A stretch of 64,000 nt of DNA, taken from contig CAKVOP010000001.1 of assembly GCA_934793215.1 (NCBI GenBank), positions 66,280-130,279 of the forward strand. Reading direction: 5' to 3'. Numbering within the stretch: the stretch's first letter is position 1; each line of letters opens with the position of its first letter. The notes under the pieces were generated by a model. The model ran no database searches. It worked only from the letters and a program-made list of their open reading frames with translations, and was not told where the DNA came from. This stretch comes from an uncultured Clostridia bacterium. GTDB taxonomy: Bacteria; Bacillota; Clostridia; Christensenellales; UBA1242. Positions 28,189-38,128 of this stretch are shown here, one piece after another. The translations under genes were made by a program, and so were the position numbers.

Positions 28189-29373
28189 ATGGAACTTCTT
28201 GCTCCTGCTGGGAATTTTGATAAACTAGTAACTGCGGTGCACTTTGGTGCAGACGCAGTTTACTTTGCTGGAAAAAGATTTGGGCTTCGTGCTTTTGCTG
28301 GGAATTTTGAAGATGAAGAAATTTTTAAGGCAATGGATTATCTACATGCTCATGGACGCAAAGGGTATGTGACCGTAAATATTGTTGCAAAAGAGAGTGA
28401 TTTTGACGATGTAGATTCTTATCTTCAACTTTTGCAAGACGCGAAAGTAGATGCATTAATAGTAAGTGACCTAGGGCTCATTTCTTATATTCGCGAGAAA
28501 TTCCCTCTTCTCAATATTCATGTTTCAACTCAAGCAAACATTAACAATTCTTTTACCGCAAAGGTTTATGAATCTTTGGGGGTGACAAGGCTGGTGCTTG
28601 CACGTGAAATGAGCCTTGATGACATCAAAAATTTGCATGAGAAAGTGCCAAATCTTGAACTTGAAGCTTTCGTTCACGGGGCGATGTGCATTTCTTATTC
28701 AGGAAGATGCTTGCTTTCAAACTATCTTACAGGGCGAGATTCCAATCGCGGAGCATGTGTGCAAGCGTGCAGATGGAAATATTTTATCCGTGAGGAAAGC
28801 CGTGATGATGAGATGCCTATCGAAGAGGACGAAAGAGGGACATACATTTTAAATTCTAAAGATATGTGCCTTATTGATTACCTTGACCGCTTTAAAGAGG
28901 CAGGCGTTGATAGTTTAAAAATAGAGGGACGTATGAAAAGTGATTATTATGTTGCGTCCGTTGTTAATGCTTATCGTAGGGCACTAGACGGATATAGTAA
29001 CTTTGATGTGCTTCATGCTGAACTTGAAAAAACCAGTCATAGGCGTTATACCACTGGTTTTTATATGGGGGCAGACGACAAAGAGTACCTTGAAGATTCT
29101 ATGCCAATCCAAACTTATGTGTTTATAGCAAAAGTTGTTGAAGATGCAAAAAATGGAACTTGCAAAGTAGAAATGCGAAACCGCTTCAAGGTGGGAGACA
29201 GCCTTGAAATCTTGTCGGCAGACGATAATTTCTTAAAGACGATCAAAGTTGAAAAAATCATAAATTCACTTGGACAAGAAATAGACGATGCAAAACGCGT
29301 TCAAGAAATAGTTACAATAAATTGCCCTTATTCACTTAAAGACGGCGACATTTTAAGAGTCGAGAAAAAGTAG
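28189..29373 (+). CDS. peptidase U32 family protein
   Basis: MELLAPAGNFDKL...GADAVYFAG N-terminus and the E.F.HGA.C.SYSGRC motif characteristic of U32. Confidence 0.85.
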   Translation: MELLAPAGNFDKLVTAVHFGADAVYFAGKRFGLRAFAGNFEDEEIFKAMDYLHAHGRKGYVTVNIVAKESDFDDVDSYLQLLQDAKVDALIVSDLGLISYIREKFPLLNIHVSTQANINNSFTAKVYESLGVTRLVLAREMSLDDIKNLHEKVPNLELEAFVHGAMCISYSGRCLLSNYLTGRDSNRGACVQACRWKYFIREESRDDEMPIEEDERGTYILNSKDMCLIDYLDRFKEAGVDSLKIEGRMKSDYYVASVVNAYRRALDGYSNFDVLHAELEKTSHRRYTTGFYMGADDKEYLEDSMPIQTYVFIAKVVEDAKNGTCKVEMRNRFKVGDSLEILSADDNFLKTIKVEKIINSLGQEIDDAKRVQEIVTINCPYSLKDGDILRVEKK

Positions 29374-29384
29374 ACTGAAAGAGG

Positions 29385-29409
29385 AAATTTTGAACGCAGT
29401 TCAAAATTT
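29385..29409 (+). terminator. perfect 11-bp hairpin after the U32 gene (possible terminator; weak T tract)
   Basis: AAATTTTGAAC-GCA-GTTCAAAATTT. Confidence 0.35.
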
Positions 29410-29597
29410 GTGTTATCAAACTCGCACATACTCACAAAATTGAAATTTTGTATTTGTCTTAAGTCAATTTAGCAAAGAAGAAAATTGTCCTACTTGCAAA
29501 TAGAATTAACGGCACAAAAATCGAAATTTTTTCATCTTTTCTGTTAATTTATCGACAATTTAAAAGCTAAATGTGAATAAAAGTGTTTTATATTAGA

Positions 29598-29627
29598 TAA
29601 AAGCCTACTAGTAATTAACTAGTAGGC
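29598..29627 (-). terminator. Rho-independent terminator of the ankyrin gene
   Basis: GCCTACTAGT-AATTA-ACTAGTAGGC, with a T-run on the minus strand. Confidence 0.65.
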
Positions 29628-29802
29628 ATTTATTTGTCGTTTAGAAACGCTTGCTCACTATATAGCAGGCAATGAGACTGGCATATTTGAATAGTTTTAA
29701 GCTGGAATATAAACAATAAGATAACAAACATATTAAACGATATGATTGTTATCTAGTTACGCAGTAGTAACAGGACAAAGTTAAAATATAATAGATTTTG
29801 TT

Positions 29803-30546
29803 TTATCTTTCTGGTTCTTCATCTTCAAGGTCGGTAGGCTCGCCATTTTCTGGTTTCGCACCACAAGCAATGAGCAGTGTTATGATATCTTTTTGCTGAT
29901 AATACTCGGCGATATCGAGTGCACTTTTTCCTTCGTTATTTCTAACATTTATATCAGCACCATGATCTATAAGCAATCTACAAGTATCTTTTTTGCCTGC
30001 TGATGCTGCTTTCATTAATGGTGTGCTTCCATTTTCATTGACAGCATTAACATCAGCGCCGTTTTCAATGAGTAGCCTGCAAACGCTTGTGTGTCCAGTC
30101 AATGCACCAACCATCAATGCAGTGCATTTATCTGCATCTACCGCATTTACAAGTGCACCATTTTGAATAAGAAGTTTGCAAACCTCTATTTGACCAGTCC
30201 ATGTGGCTTCCATAAGTGGGGAACACCCCATTAGGCCGACAGCATTAACATCAGCACCATGATTGATTAAAAATCGGCAAATCTCTGTTTGCCCTTTTAA
30301 CGCTAAACGCATAAGTAGCGTGTAGCCGAACTTGTCATTTGAATTAACATTTGCGCCATTTTCAATTAAAAGCTCGCAGATTGCCATTTGTCCTTTTGTA
30401 ACTGCAATCATTAAAGCGGTGCATTCATTTTTATCAATAGCATTTACATCGGCTCCGTCTTTTAAAAGCTTTTGAATCTTTATAATGTTTCCTTCCTTGC
30501 ATGCACTCAAGAACTTTTCATCTAACAGTAATTTTTTGTTTTTCAT
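29803..30546 (-). CDS. ankyrin repeat protein (about 7 ANK repeats, acidic C-terminus)
   Basis: Repeated G.T.LM.A...G....C.LLI..GA.VN units through the whole protein. No signal peptide seen. Confidence 0.9.
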   Translation of the reverse strand: MKNKKLLLDEKFLSACKEGNIIKIQKLLKDGADVNAIDKNECTALMIAVTKGQMAICELLIENGANVNSNDKFGYTLLMRLALKGQTEICRFLINHGADVNAVGLMGCSPLMEATWTGQIEVCKLLIQNGALVNAVDADKCTALMVGALTGHTSVCRLLIENGADVNAVNENGSTPLMKAASAGKKDTCRLLIDHGADINVRNNEGKSALDIAEYYQQKDIITLLIACGAKPENGEPTDLEDEEPER

Positions 30547-30786
30547 TTTTACCCTTTTTGTTTAGTATAGTCATTATAATAAAAAATCTCTTTTTTGTCA
30601 ATAAGGAACCATTGCGACCATGATACCTATAACATAGACACTGCAAAGTTAAGTAAAGATAAATTTTTGTTTGTTAGTCGAGTGATTATTGTTTTATTAT
30701 TTAATTATAATAATATATTTAATAGAAAGTAAAAGTATCGAGATTCAAAATTCGACAAAAAAATTTTAAAAAATTTGCAGTTTTTG

Positions 30787-30815
30787 TTGACTATTTTATT
30801 TTTATTGCGTATAAT
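30787..30815 (+). promoter_or_regulatory. sigma-A promoter of the hrcA-grpE-dnaK-dnaJ operon
   Basis: TTGACT, 17 nt spacer, TATAAT. Confidence 0.8.
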
Positions 30816-30819
30816 ATTG

Positions 30820-30846
30820 CTAGCACTTAAAAGTAGAGAGTGCTAA
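30820..30846 (+). promoter_or_regulatory. CIRCE operator (HrcA binding site)
   Basis: CTAGCACTT-N9-GAGTGCTAA against the consensus TTAGCACTC-N9-GAGTGCTAA, immediately downstream of the -10. Confidence 0.9.
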
Positions 30847-30869
30847 CAAAGTCGAAAACGAGGTTGTTT

Positions 30870-31865
30870 ATGGTTTTAAACGAACGAAGAAAGCAAATCT
30901 TAACTATGGCAGTTGAAGAGTACATTCGAGATTGCTCACCAATCACAAGTGGGGGAATCAAAGATGTCGCATCATTAAACTGCTCAACAGCGACTCTGCG
31001 AAACGAACTTTCCACATTGGAGGCTATGGGATTTTTAAAACAACTCCATACTTCTGGCGGAAGGATTCCAACAGTCCAAGGTTATAGATATTATGTTGAA
31101 AACCTTTTGTCAAGCGCACAAGCGTCAAACAAAGAACTTGAAGATGTGAAAAAAGTTATATCTTCAAGAACATCATCTCTAACTGATATTGTAACAGGGA
31201 TCGCAAAGATTGTCTCAAAGGCGACAAACTATCCAACGGCTATCATGGTTAGCGGAGTGGAACATTTAGTTTTAAACGAATTTAAAATTATTCCACTTCT
31301 TGACGAAAAAATTATGGTGCTAATTGGAACAATGTCTGGCTACATCAATCAAACTATTGAAGTTAAAGCGTCGGCAAAGGATTGCGAAGATGCGTCAAAT
31401 TATTTAACAAAACATTTTCGTGGCGAAACGATTGGATATATGATTGAAAACATAAACCAATTTGAAAAAGGAATGAAAAGTGAGATTAAATCTTTTGAGG
31501 GCGTTGTAAATTCGCTTATCGAAGGACTTAAAAACCTAAACAAGCAAAAGTATTTAGATGTTAGACGAGAGGGAAGCGGGAAAATATTGTCATCTAGCGA
31601 CAAAGAGAGTGCTCAAAAAGTGCTTGATGTACTTGATGATGAAAAAGAACTTTCGTCAATCTTGGAGGTTAAAGGCGAAGATATAGAAGTAACAGTGGCT
31701 GACGAGGACAACGCAAAGTGTAGTGTTGTTAAAGCACCAATTTGTGTAAACGGAAAACAACTTGCTTCAATCGGCGTCATAGGGCCTCAACGAATGGATT
31801 ATGCGGGGATTGCATCGGCTCTTAAAGTAGTGATTGACAATCTTCGAGAAATAAAAGGAGAGTAA
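30870..31865 (+). CDS. hrcA: heat-inducible transcription repressor HrcA
   Basis: MVLNERRKQILTMAVEEYI...PITSGGI winged-helix N-terminus. First gene after CIRCE. Confidence 0.9.
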   Translation: MVLNERRKQILTMAVEEYIRDCSPITSGGIKDVASLNCSTATLRNELSTLEAMGFLKQLHTSGGRIPTVQGYRYYVENLLSSAQASNKELEDVKKVISSRTSSLTDIVTGIAKIVSKATNYPTAIMVSGVEHLVLNEFKIIPLLDEKIMVLIGTMSGYINQTIEVKASAKDCEDASNYLTKHFRGETIGYMIENINQFEKGMKSEIKSFEGVVNSLIEGLKNLNKQKYLDVRREGSGKILSSSDKESAQKVLDVLDDEKELSSILEVKGEDIEVTVADEDNAKCSVVKAPICVNGKQLASIGVIGPQRMDYAGIASALKVVIDNLREIKGE

Positions 31866-32555
31866 ATGAAGGAAAAGGACAAAGAGAAAGAGTATAATTG
31901 TCATTGCAGTGAGCATGGCGAGGGCGAAAAATGTTCTTGCGGTGATAACTGCACATGTGGAGATAACTGCACATGTGGAGACGATTGCCACTGTCACCAA
32001 ACTAACCAAAGCAATGAAAATTGCTCGTGTGGTGATGATTGTACATGCGAAGAAGATTGCACTTGCTCCTCAAACGGAGGTTGCGAATGTGACGACAAAC
32101 CAGATAATTGCAACTGTGTGACAGACGAAAAAGTCTTGGCTGATCAATATCTTAATCTTGCAAAGCGTGTTCAAGCAGATTTTGAAAATTTTAGACGACA
32201 TGCGATTGAAGATATAAAAAGTGCTAGAATTGATGGTCAAAAGTCAGTTATCGAAGTGTTTTTGCCTTGCCTTGATACTTTCAAAGAGGCAAAAAAATCA
32301 ATTAATGATGAAGCGGTTTTAAAAGGCGTTGAAATGATTGAAAATAAGATTTTAGACGCACTTAAATCACTTGGGGTAGAAAAAATCCCTTCTATTGGAG
32401 AGGTTTACAACCCTCACCTTCATGAAGCCATGATGGCAATGAAAGATGAAAAGAAAGAAAACAATATCATCTTGGACGAGTTCCAAGCAGGATATATGTT
32501 TGAAGGTAAAGTAATTAGACATTCAAAAGTTATTGTCAATAAAAAGGAGGATTAA
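31866..32555 (+). CDS. grpE: nucleotide exchange factor GrpE with a Cys-rich (10x CxC) N-terminal extension
   Basis: The GrpE core starts about [22 protein letters not shown]. Residues ~12-85 contain 20 Cys arranged as CxC pairs. Confidence 0.9.
   Translation: MKEKDKEKEYNCHCSEHGEGEKCSCGDNCTCGDNCTCGDDCHCHQTNQSNENCSCGDDCTCEEDCTCSSNGGCECDDKPDNCNCVTDEKVLADQYLNLAKRVQADFENFRRHAIEDIKSARIDGQKSVIEVFLPCLDTFKEAKKSINDEAVLKGVEMIENKILDALKSLGVEKIPSIGEVYNPHLHEAMMAMKDEKKENNIILDEFQAGYMFEGKVIRHSKVIVNKKED
31941..31994 (+). repeat. tandem 18-nt repeat x3 encoding [18 protein letters not shown]
   Basis: ggtgataactgcacatgt / ggagataactgcacatgt / ggagacgattgccactgt. Related units recur to about 32100. Confidence 0.85.
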
Positions 32556-32559
32556 TATT

Positions 32560-34401
32560 ATGGGAAAAATTATTGGTATTGACTTAGGAACTACAAACTC
32601 ATGTGTAGCAGTTATGGAAGGTGGTAAACCAACCGTTATCGCAAATGCAGAAGGGGACAGAACAACTCCATCTGTTGTTGCATACACCAAAGAAGGGGAA
32701 AGACTTGTTGGAAAGGTTGCAAAGCGTCAAGCTATCGTAAACGCTGAAAACACAGTTCAATCTATCAAAAGAGAGATGGGAACAAATTATAAAGTAACAT
32801 TAAATGGCAAAGAGTACACTCCACAAGAGATTTCTGCGATGATTCTTTCAAAACTTAAACAAGATGCTGAAAGTTATCTTGGTGGAGCAGTAACCCAAGC
32901 AGTAATCACTGTTCCTGCATACTTTAACGATGCACAGCGTCAAGCAACAAAAGACGCGGGCAAAATCGCTGGTCTTGAAGTTTTAAGAATTATCAACGAA
33001 CCAACTGCCGCTGCTCTTGCATATGGACTTGATAAAGGCGAAAACGCAAATCAAAAGATTTTAGTTTATGACCTCGGTGGCGGTACATTCGATGTTTCTA
33101 TTCTTGAAATTGGTGACGGCGTATTTGAAGTTCTTTCAACAAATGGCAACACTCGTCTTGGCGGTGATGATTTTGATAACAGAATTATTGACCTTTTGGT
33201 TGAAGAATTTAAGAGAACAAACAATATTGACTTAACAAGCGACAAACTTGCTATGCAAAGACTTAAAGAGGCTGCTGAAAAGGCAAAAATTGACCTTTCT
33301 GCAACTCCAAAAACAACAATTTCTCTTCCATTCATTTCTGCTGACGCTACTGGTCCTAAACATATGGAATATGAACTTACTCGTGCAAAATTTGACGACA
33401 TTACAAGTGATCTTGTAAAAGAAACAATTGACTGCACTGTAAGAGCACTTGCCGATGCAAAACTTGACAAAAATCAAATTGATAAAGTGGTTTTAGTTGG
33501 TGGTTCAACAAGAATCCCAGCTGTTCAAGAAGCAGTAAAATCATTTACTGGTAAAGAGCCATATAAGGGCGTAAACCCAGATGAATGCGTTGCCGTAGGT
33601 GCAGCAATTCAAGCAGGCGTTCTTGGCGGAGAAGTTAAAGATGTTCTTCTTCTTGATGTAACCCCACTTTCTCTTGGTATTGAAACTTTGGGTGGAGTAT
33701 TTACAAAACTCATCGAAAGAAATACAACTATCCCTACAAGAAAATCTCAAATTTTCTCAACTGCTGTTGACAACCAACCAGGCGTTGATATTCATGTTCT
33801 TCAAGGTGAAAGAGAGTTTGCAAATCAAAACAAAACTCTTGGAAGATTCCAATTAAGCGATATTCCACCAGCACCAAGAGGAGTTCCTCAAATCGAAGTA
33901 ACTTTTGATATTGATGCAAATGGTATCGTTAAAGTTTCAGCAAAAGACCTTGGAACAAACAAGGAACAAAACATCACAATCACTGCTTCTTCAAACCTTA
34001 AAGATGAAGATATCGAAAAGGCAATCAAAGAAGCCGAAGCTCACGCAGAGGAAGATAAGAAGCGTAAAGAGCTTGTTGAAACTAAAAACCAAGCCGATAA
34101 TATGGTTTATGGACTTGAAAAAATGCTTAAAGAAAATGGTGATAAACTTGCAGACGAAGATAAGAAAAGACTTCAAGACGCCATTGAAAAAGCAAAGAAA
34201 GAGTTTGAAAGTGATAACATTGAAGTCGTTAAGAAAGCTCTTGAAGAACTTACAAATGTTTCAAATGGTATAGTTTCAAAAATGTATCAATCAGCAAACC
34301 CAAATGGTGGGGCTAATCCTAACGGAGGAGCAAACCCAAATGGTGGAACTGATGGTAATAATGGCTCAAACGGAAGTGACCCAGAAGTTGTAGTTGACTA
34401 A
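32560..34401 (+). CDS. dnaK: molecular chaperone DnaK
   Basis: [14 protein letters not shown]... ATG at 32560 follows AAGGAGG. The C-terminus carries GGANPN x3. Confidence 0.97.
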   Translation: MGKIIGIDLGTTNSCVAVMEGGKPTVIANAEGDRTTPSVVAYTKEGERLVGKVAKRQAIVNAENTVQSIKREMGTNYKVTLNGKEYTPQEISAMILSKLKQDAESYLGGAVTQAVITVPAYFNDAQRQATKDAGKIAGLEVLRIINEPTAAALAYGLDKGENANQKILVYDLGGGTFDVSILEIGDGVFEVLSTNGNTRLGGDDFDNRIIDLLVEEFKRTNNIDLTSDKLAMQRLKEAAEKAKIDLSATPKTTISLPFISADATGPKHMEYELTRAKFDDITSDLVKETIDCTVRALADAKLDKNQIDKVVLVGGSTRIPAVQEAVKSFTGKEPYKGVNPDECVAVGAAIQAGVLGGEVKDVLLLDVTPLSLGIETLGGVFTKLIERNTTIPTRKSQIFSTAVDNQPGVDIHVLQGEREFANQNKTLGRFQLSDIPPAPRGVPQIEVTFDIDANGIVKVSAKDLGTNKEQNITITASSNLKDEDIEKAIKEAEAHAEEDKKRKELVETKNQADNMVYGLEKMLKENGDKLADEDKKRLQDAIEKAKKEFESDNIEVVKKALEELTNVSNGIVSKMYQSANPNGGANPNGGANPNGGTDGNNGSNGSDPEVVVD

Positions 34402-34591
34402 TTTATAATTTAAAATAGTTAACAAAATGTGTTTTAAGAAAGGTGTATGGCAAACAAGATTGCCTTGGGAGGCGAAAGATAAGAGGGCAAAACCAAACTT
34501 CTTCCTCCCAGAAACCTTCCTCCACATATAAATTAAAGAAATTGGTTTTTAGGGGGCTTTTACCCCCTTAAAATCGTAATAAAGGATAAGT

Positions 34592-35725
34592 ATGGCAAGT
34601 AAAGACTATTATGAAATTCTTGGTGTAAGTAAAGATGCAAGTGAAGATGAAATTAAATCTGCTTATCGCAGACTTGCAAAGAAGTATCACCCAGATTTGA
34701 ATAAAACTGAAGAAGCGGCAAGTAAGTTTAAAGAAATTAACGAAGCTTATGAAGTGCTTGGCGACAGCAAAAAGAGAGCAAATTATGACCAATTTGGCTC
34801 GGCTGACGGCAATCCTTTTGGTGCTGGCGGAAACGCTGGTGGTGGTTTTGGAGATTTCTTTGGTGGAGGTGCTGGTGGCTTTGGTGATATTTTTGGCGAC
34901 ATCTTCTCTGCTTTCGGCGGAGGCACTCGTGGAGGCTCACGAGTTTCACAGCAGGGAGAAGACATTAATCTTGCCATGAACCTCACCTTCGAAGAGGCTT
35001 GCTTTGGCGTTGAAAAAGATATAACTGTTGGCAAGATTGAACAGTGTGCTTCTTGCCACGGCACAGGAGCAAAAAATGGAAGTGAATTCACCACTTGTTC
35101 TCAATGCGGTGGAAGCGGAAGAGTTCGCATGCAAGAGCGTACAATATTTGGCGTAAGTATTCGTGAAGGTGCTTGCCCAAAATGTAATGGAACTGGCAAA
35201 ATCATCAAAGAAAAATGCGATGATTGTATGGGCAAAGGGTATAGAAAGATTAACAAACAAATTCATGTCAAATTTCCAGCAGGTATTGACAATGGACAAA
35301 CGCTTCGCATGAGAGGGGAAGGTAATGCTCCTACTTCGGGTGCAGGCGTAAACGGTGACCTTAACATTAAAGTAAGTGTTGGCTCGCATCGTGTTCTTGT
35401 AAGAAAAGGCTACGATTTAACTATGGACCTCTATGTACCTTTCACAACAGCACTTCTTGGCGGAAAAATTGAAATTCCAAGCCTTGAAGGGAAATATGAA
35501 CTTAAAATTCCAGAACGCACAATAAGCGGAACTGTGCTTCGCGTTAAAAATAAGGGAGTACAAAACTTAAACAGTAAAAACAGAGGCGACCTGCTTGTCA
35601 CAATTAAAGCAGAAATGCCTTCGTCTTTAAGTAAAGATGAGAAGAGTGCCATTGAATCGCTTGCAAATTCAATAGGTGATAATTCTTACCCAAAATATAA
35701 TGAAATTTTAAGAAAAATTAAATAA
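34592..35725 (+). CDS. dnaJ: molecular chaperone DnaJ
   Basis: J-domain with HPD, a G/F-rich region and four CxxCxGxG zinc-finger motifs. Confidence 0.95.
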   Translation: MASKDYYEILGVSKDASEDEIKSAYRRLAKKYHPDLNKTEEAASKFKEINEAYEVLGDSKKRANYDQFGSADGNPFGAGGNAGGGFGDFFGGGAGGFGDIFGDIFSAFGGGTRGGSRVSQQGEDINLAMNLTFEEACFGVEKDITVGKIEQCASCHGTGAKNGSEFTTCSQCGGSGRVRMQERTIFGVSIREGACPKCNGTGKIIKEKCDDCMGKGYRKINKQIHVKFPAGIDNGQTLRMRGEGNAPTSGAGVNGDLNIKVSVGSHRVLVRKGYDLTMDLYVPFTTALLGGKIEIPSLEGKYELKIPERTISGTVLRVKNKGVQNLNSKNRGDLLVTIKAEMPSSLSKDEKSAIESLANSIGDNSYPKYNEILRKIK

Positions 35726-35775
35726 AAATGTATTTGTAGAGAAAAATGTTATGAATAAATAGGTTTCTTTGCAAT

Positions 35776-35836
35776 AAAAATGCACTTTAATAAAAGTAGC
35801 TCTTAAAGAGTTCTATTTAAATTAAAGTGCATTTTT
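35776..35836. terminator. long bidirectional terminator between dnaJ and the glycosyltransferase gene
   Basis: Perfect 16-bp arms AAAAATGCACTTTAAT / ATTAAAGTGCATTTTT around a 29-nt insert containing a small CTCTT..AAGAG hairpin. Confidence 0.65.
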
Positions 35837-35848
35837 TATTGGACTAAA

Positions 35849-37054
35849 TTATTTATTTGTTTTTTTCTTTTTGCCTTTAAACTTATAACTTTCTGGATTA
35901 TTTAATGCATCAAATACAATATCTGCTATTTCATCAGCGCCATTTTTGGTCCTGTCAAGTTTGTATGTGTTTTCCCTATACTCATCAAGGGCATGTGGGT
36001 TGTCGACATAGAATTCAACAAGTTTTTTTGCTTTCTTTTTGTTTTTAACAAAAATGCCTGTTTTATAAACTTCTGTAAATAATTTGTTTGAAGCTTTTTC
36101 GATTGGTCCGCTGTAAAAGTTTGTCATAATAGGCGTGTGAACAAACACCGAGTCTGTAATTGCGTTTGGACCCGCTTTTGTTATAAATAGGTCACTTGCA
36201 CAATAATATTCTTCAATATTTCTAGTAAATGGCAATGGAACAAATGTAATATTTTGAGGAATTTTATTTTTCATGTTTTCGTATTCCTTCAAAAGTTGTT
36301 CGTTTCGTCCTGCTACTGGAATAATAGTGATGTCTCGGTTGGTTTTTAAAAGTTCTCTTGTAAATTTATCCATATTTGCTGATGCATAGGCGCCGTCTGC
36401 AAGGATAACAGTAAATTTGTCCTTTGGTAAGTTCAATTTTTCTCTGCATTCATCTTGCGACATTGAAAAATTTTGGATAGACTCTCTTGCCATGAAGTTG
36501 ACTTGCTTTACTTGAGAAGGCAAACACTTTTTCTTGTTGATTGCTTCATTTGTTGCCATATCATTATTGGTGAACAATATGTCACATCTTCTATCCCACC
36601 AACCATGAACGCAATGGTCAGGGTCGTATATTACATTAAGCCAATTGTTTTCTTTGTTATTTTTGCATGCCTCAACACCATAAAATGCTGGCTCAAAGTG
36701 TGTGCTAATAACCATGTCTGGCTTTAATGCTTCAAGATGTTTTATGCATTTTTTATATATTTTATTGAACACAGATTTATATACGAATTTTAATGTTCCT
36801 TGTTCTGTAAAAAGTTTCATGCAGGCAAATTGAAAATCCAAATAGCCCTTGTGTTTATTTGAAAATTTTACATTATCAATAAGCATTTTTTCATGTTTAA
36901 TAAGGTCCTTATCTTCATCTGCTCTAAATATGTAGTCTCTTATAACTTCAATTTCGTTAGGATATTTTTTTTCTAAACTTTGTGCTATTGATTCGGCAGT
37001 AACAATGTGTCCTTGTCCTGCTTCAACAAATGTCACAACTACTCTTTTTTTCAT
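35849..37054 (-). CDS. MGDG-synthase/UgtP-like diacylglycerol glycosyltransferase
   Basis: N-terminal VVVTFVEAGQGHIVTA (the GxGH motif of this GT28-like family). About 400 aa. ATG at 37054 follows an AAGGGGG RBS. Confidence 0.6.
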   Translation of the reverse strand: MKKRVVVTFVEAGQGHIVTAESIAQSLEKKYPNEIEVIRDYIFRADEDKDLIKHEKMLIDNVKFSNKHKGYLDFQFACMKLFTEQGTLKFVYKSVFNKIYKKCIKHLEALKPDMVISTHFEPAFYGVEACKNNKENNWLNVIYDPDHCVHGWWDRRCDILFTNNDMATNEAINKKKCLPSQVKQVNFMARESIQNFSMSQDECREKLNLPKDKFTVILADGAYASANMDKFTRELLKTNRDITIIPVAGRNEQLLKEYENMKNKIPQNITFVPLPFTRNIEEYYCASDLFITKAGPNAITDSVFVHTPIMTNFYSGPIEKASNKLFTEVYKTGIFVKNKKKAKKLVEFYVDNPHALDEYRENTYKLDRTKNGADEIADIVFDALNNPESYKFKGKKKKTNK

Positions 37055-37269
37055 TCTTCCCCCTTTGCGTCTTATCATTATAACCCATTCTTAATAAAAA
37101 AGCAAGTAGGCGAGCCGCTTGCTTTCGTCAAATCCATTTTAAATCATTATTGGTTGGTTTTTAAAATAAGTTTGTCAAAGTTTATGAATTATTTTTTTTG
37201 CTAGTTTATCAACTATTAAAATGCCCAGATTGAACAGTTTTTATATGTTTATTCTTCTCTTTAGGGAGG

Positions 37270-37965
37270 TTAGTTCCCGCTTAAAATACTTACTAGTGCA
37301 AGGGTGGCAACCACTGCGGTGTCACAGCGAAGAATTCTTTTCCCAAGACTTATAGTTTGACTTTTTGCCATGATTTCTTTTGCTTCTTTATCGGCAAAAC
37401 CGGCTTCATTCCCTATAACGACGCAAATGTTTTGAGCATCATTAATCATACTTTCGCTAAACGCAGTTTCAGCATTTTCGTAAGCAAAAATTACTTTATC
37501 AAAACCATCTAATTTTTCAATCATTTTTTTAAATGCAATAGGTTGGCTTACCTTGACCAAAGCAGAACGTTCACATTGTTTGCAAGCGGTTGTCACCATA
37601 TTTTTTACGCGTTCTTCTTTAAAGTTTTTCATTATTGTCCATTCGCTTGTAAAAAATTGTATTTCGCTCACTCCCATTTCAATGGCTTTTGGAATGATGT
37701 TGTCAAAATATTCTTTTTTGGGCATCATTTGAAAAAGTACTATATTGCGTTTTGGGGCCCCTTCGTTTACTTTTACATTGTCAATGTGGCATCGGCAGAA
37801 ATCTTTTTCGAATTTTTGTAAAGTGCAGTAATAATCATTTTCATCATTTACACAGGCAATAATTTTGTCGCCTTCGTTTAGCCTTAAAACTTTTTTAAGA
37901 TGGAAAAATTCATCGCCCTCAATTATAATGTTGTCATTTTCTTTTTTGCCAAAAAACCTTTTCAT
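37270..37965 (-). CDS. rsmE: 16S rRNA (uracil1498-N3)-methyltransferase RsmE
   Basis: MKRFF...IIIEGDEFFHLKKVLRL PUA-like N-terminus and a SPOUT C-terminus (IGNEAGF, LGKRILRCDTA). Confidence 0.85.
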   Translation of the reverse strand: MKRFFGKKENDNIIIEGDEFFHLKKVLRLNEGDKIIACVNDENDYYCTLQKFEKDFCRCHIDNVKVNEGAPKRNIVLFQMMPKKEYFDNIIPKAIEMGVSEIQFFTSEWTIMKNFKEERVKNMVTTACKQCERSALVKVSQPIAFKKMIEKLDGFDKVIFAYENAETAFSESMINDAQNICVVIGNEAGFADKEAKEIMAKSQTISLGKRILRCDTAVVATLALVSILSGN

Positions 37966-38086
37966 AATTCCTCTACGATTATTATAGCATATTTAAATCA
38001 AATTTGAAAGAGATTATTTAATGTGCGCGAATTATAGTTTGTATAAATGCAATTCTCTTGACAAAATTTTAAAGTGCGGGAATTGC

Positions 38087-38119
38087 AAAAAGCAGGGTTG
38101 AAAGTTTTTTCAATCCTGC
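38087..38119 (-). terminator. Rho-independent terminator of the Cys/Pro-rich gene
   Basis: On the minus strand: GCAGGATTGAAA-loop-TTTCAACCCTGC followed by TTTTTG. Confidence 0.75.
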
Positions 38120-38128
38120 CTAAAATTG

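Noticed and set aside
29431-29560. Two imperfect ~40-nt direct repeats (cacaaaaTTGAAATTTTgt... / cacaaaaaTCGAAATTTTtt...) in the spacer before the ankyrin gene
   Set aside because: The repeats are AT-rich and only loosely similar, so this could be chance. They are mentioned within the ankyrin-island finding rather than called as a feature.
31909-32121. 70-aa alternative-frame ORF within the grpE Cys-rich region
   Set aside because: It is a by-product of the tandem repeat. The grpE frame is continuous with the conserved GrpE core.
33905-34273. 122-aa lysine-rich plus-strand ORF in an alternative frame of dnaK
   Set aside because: It overlaps the conserved DnaK frame. Its composition reflects the frame-shifted GAA/AAA-rich sequence.
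34280-34345. Tandem repeat encoding GGANPN x3 at the DnaK C-terminus; checked as a possible repeat array
   Set aside because: This short, in-frame, low-complexity linker is typical of DnaK tails. It is not a CRISPR or regulatory repeat.
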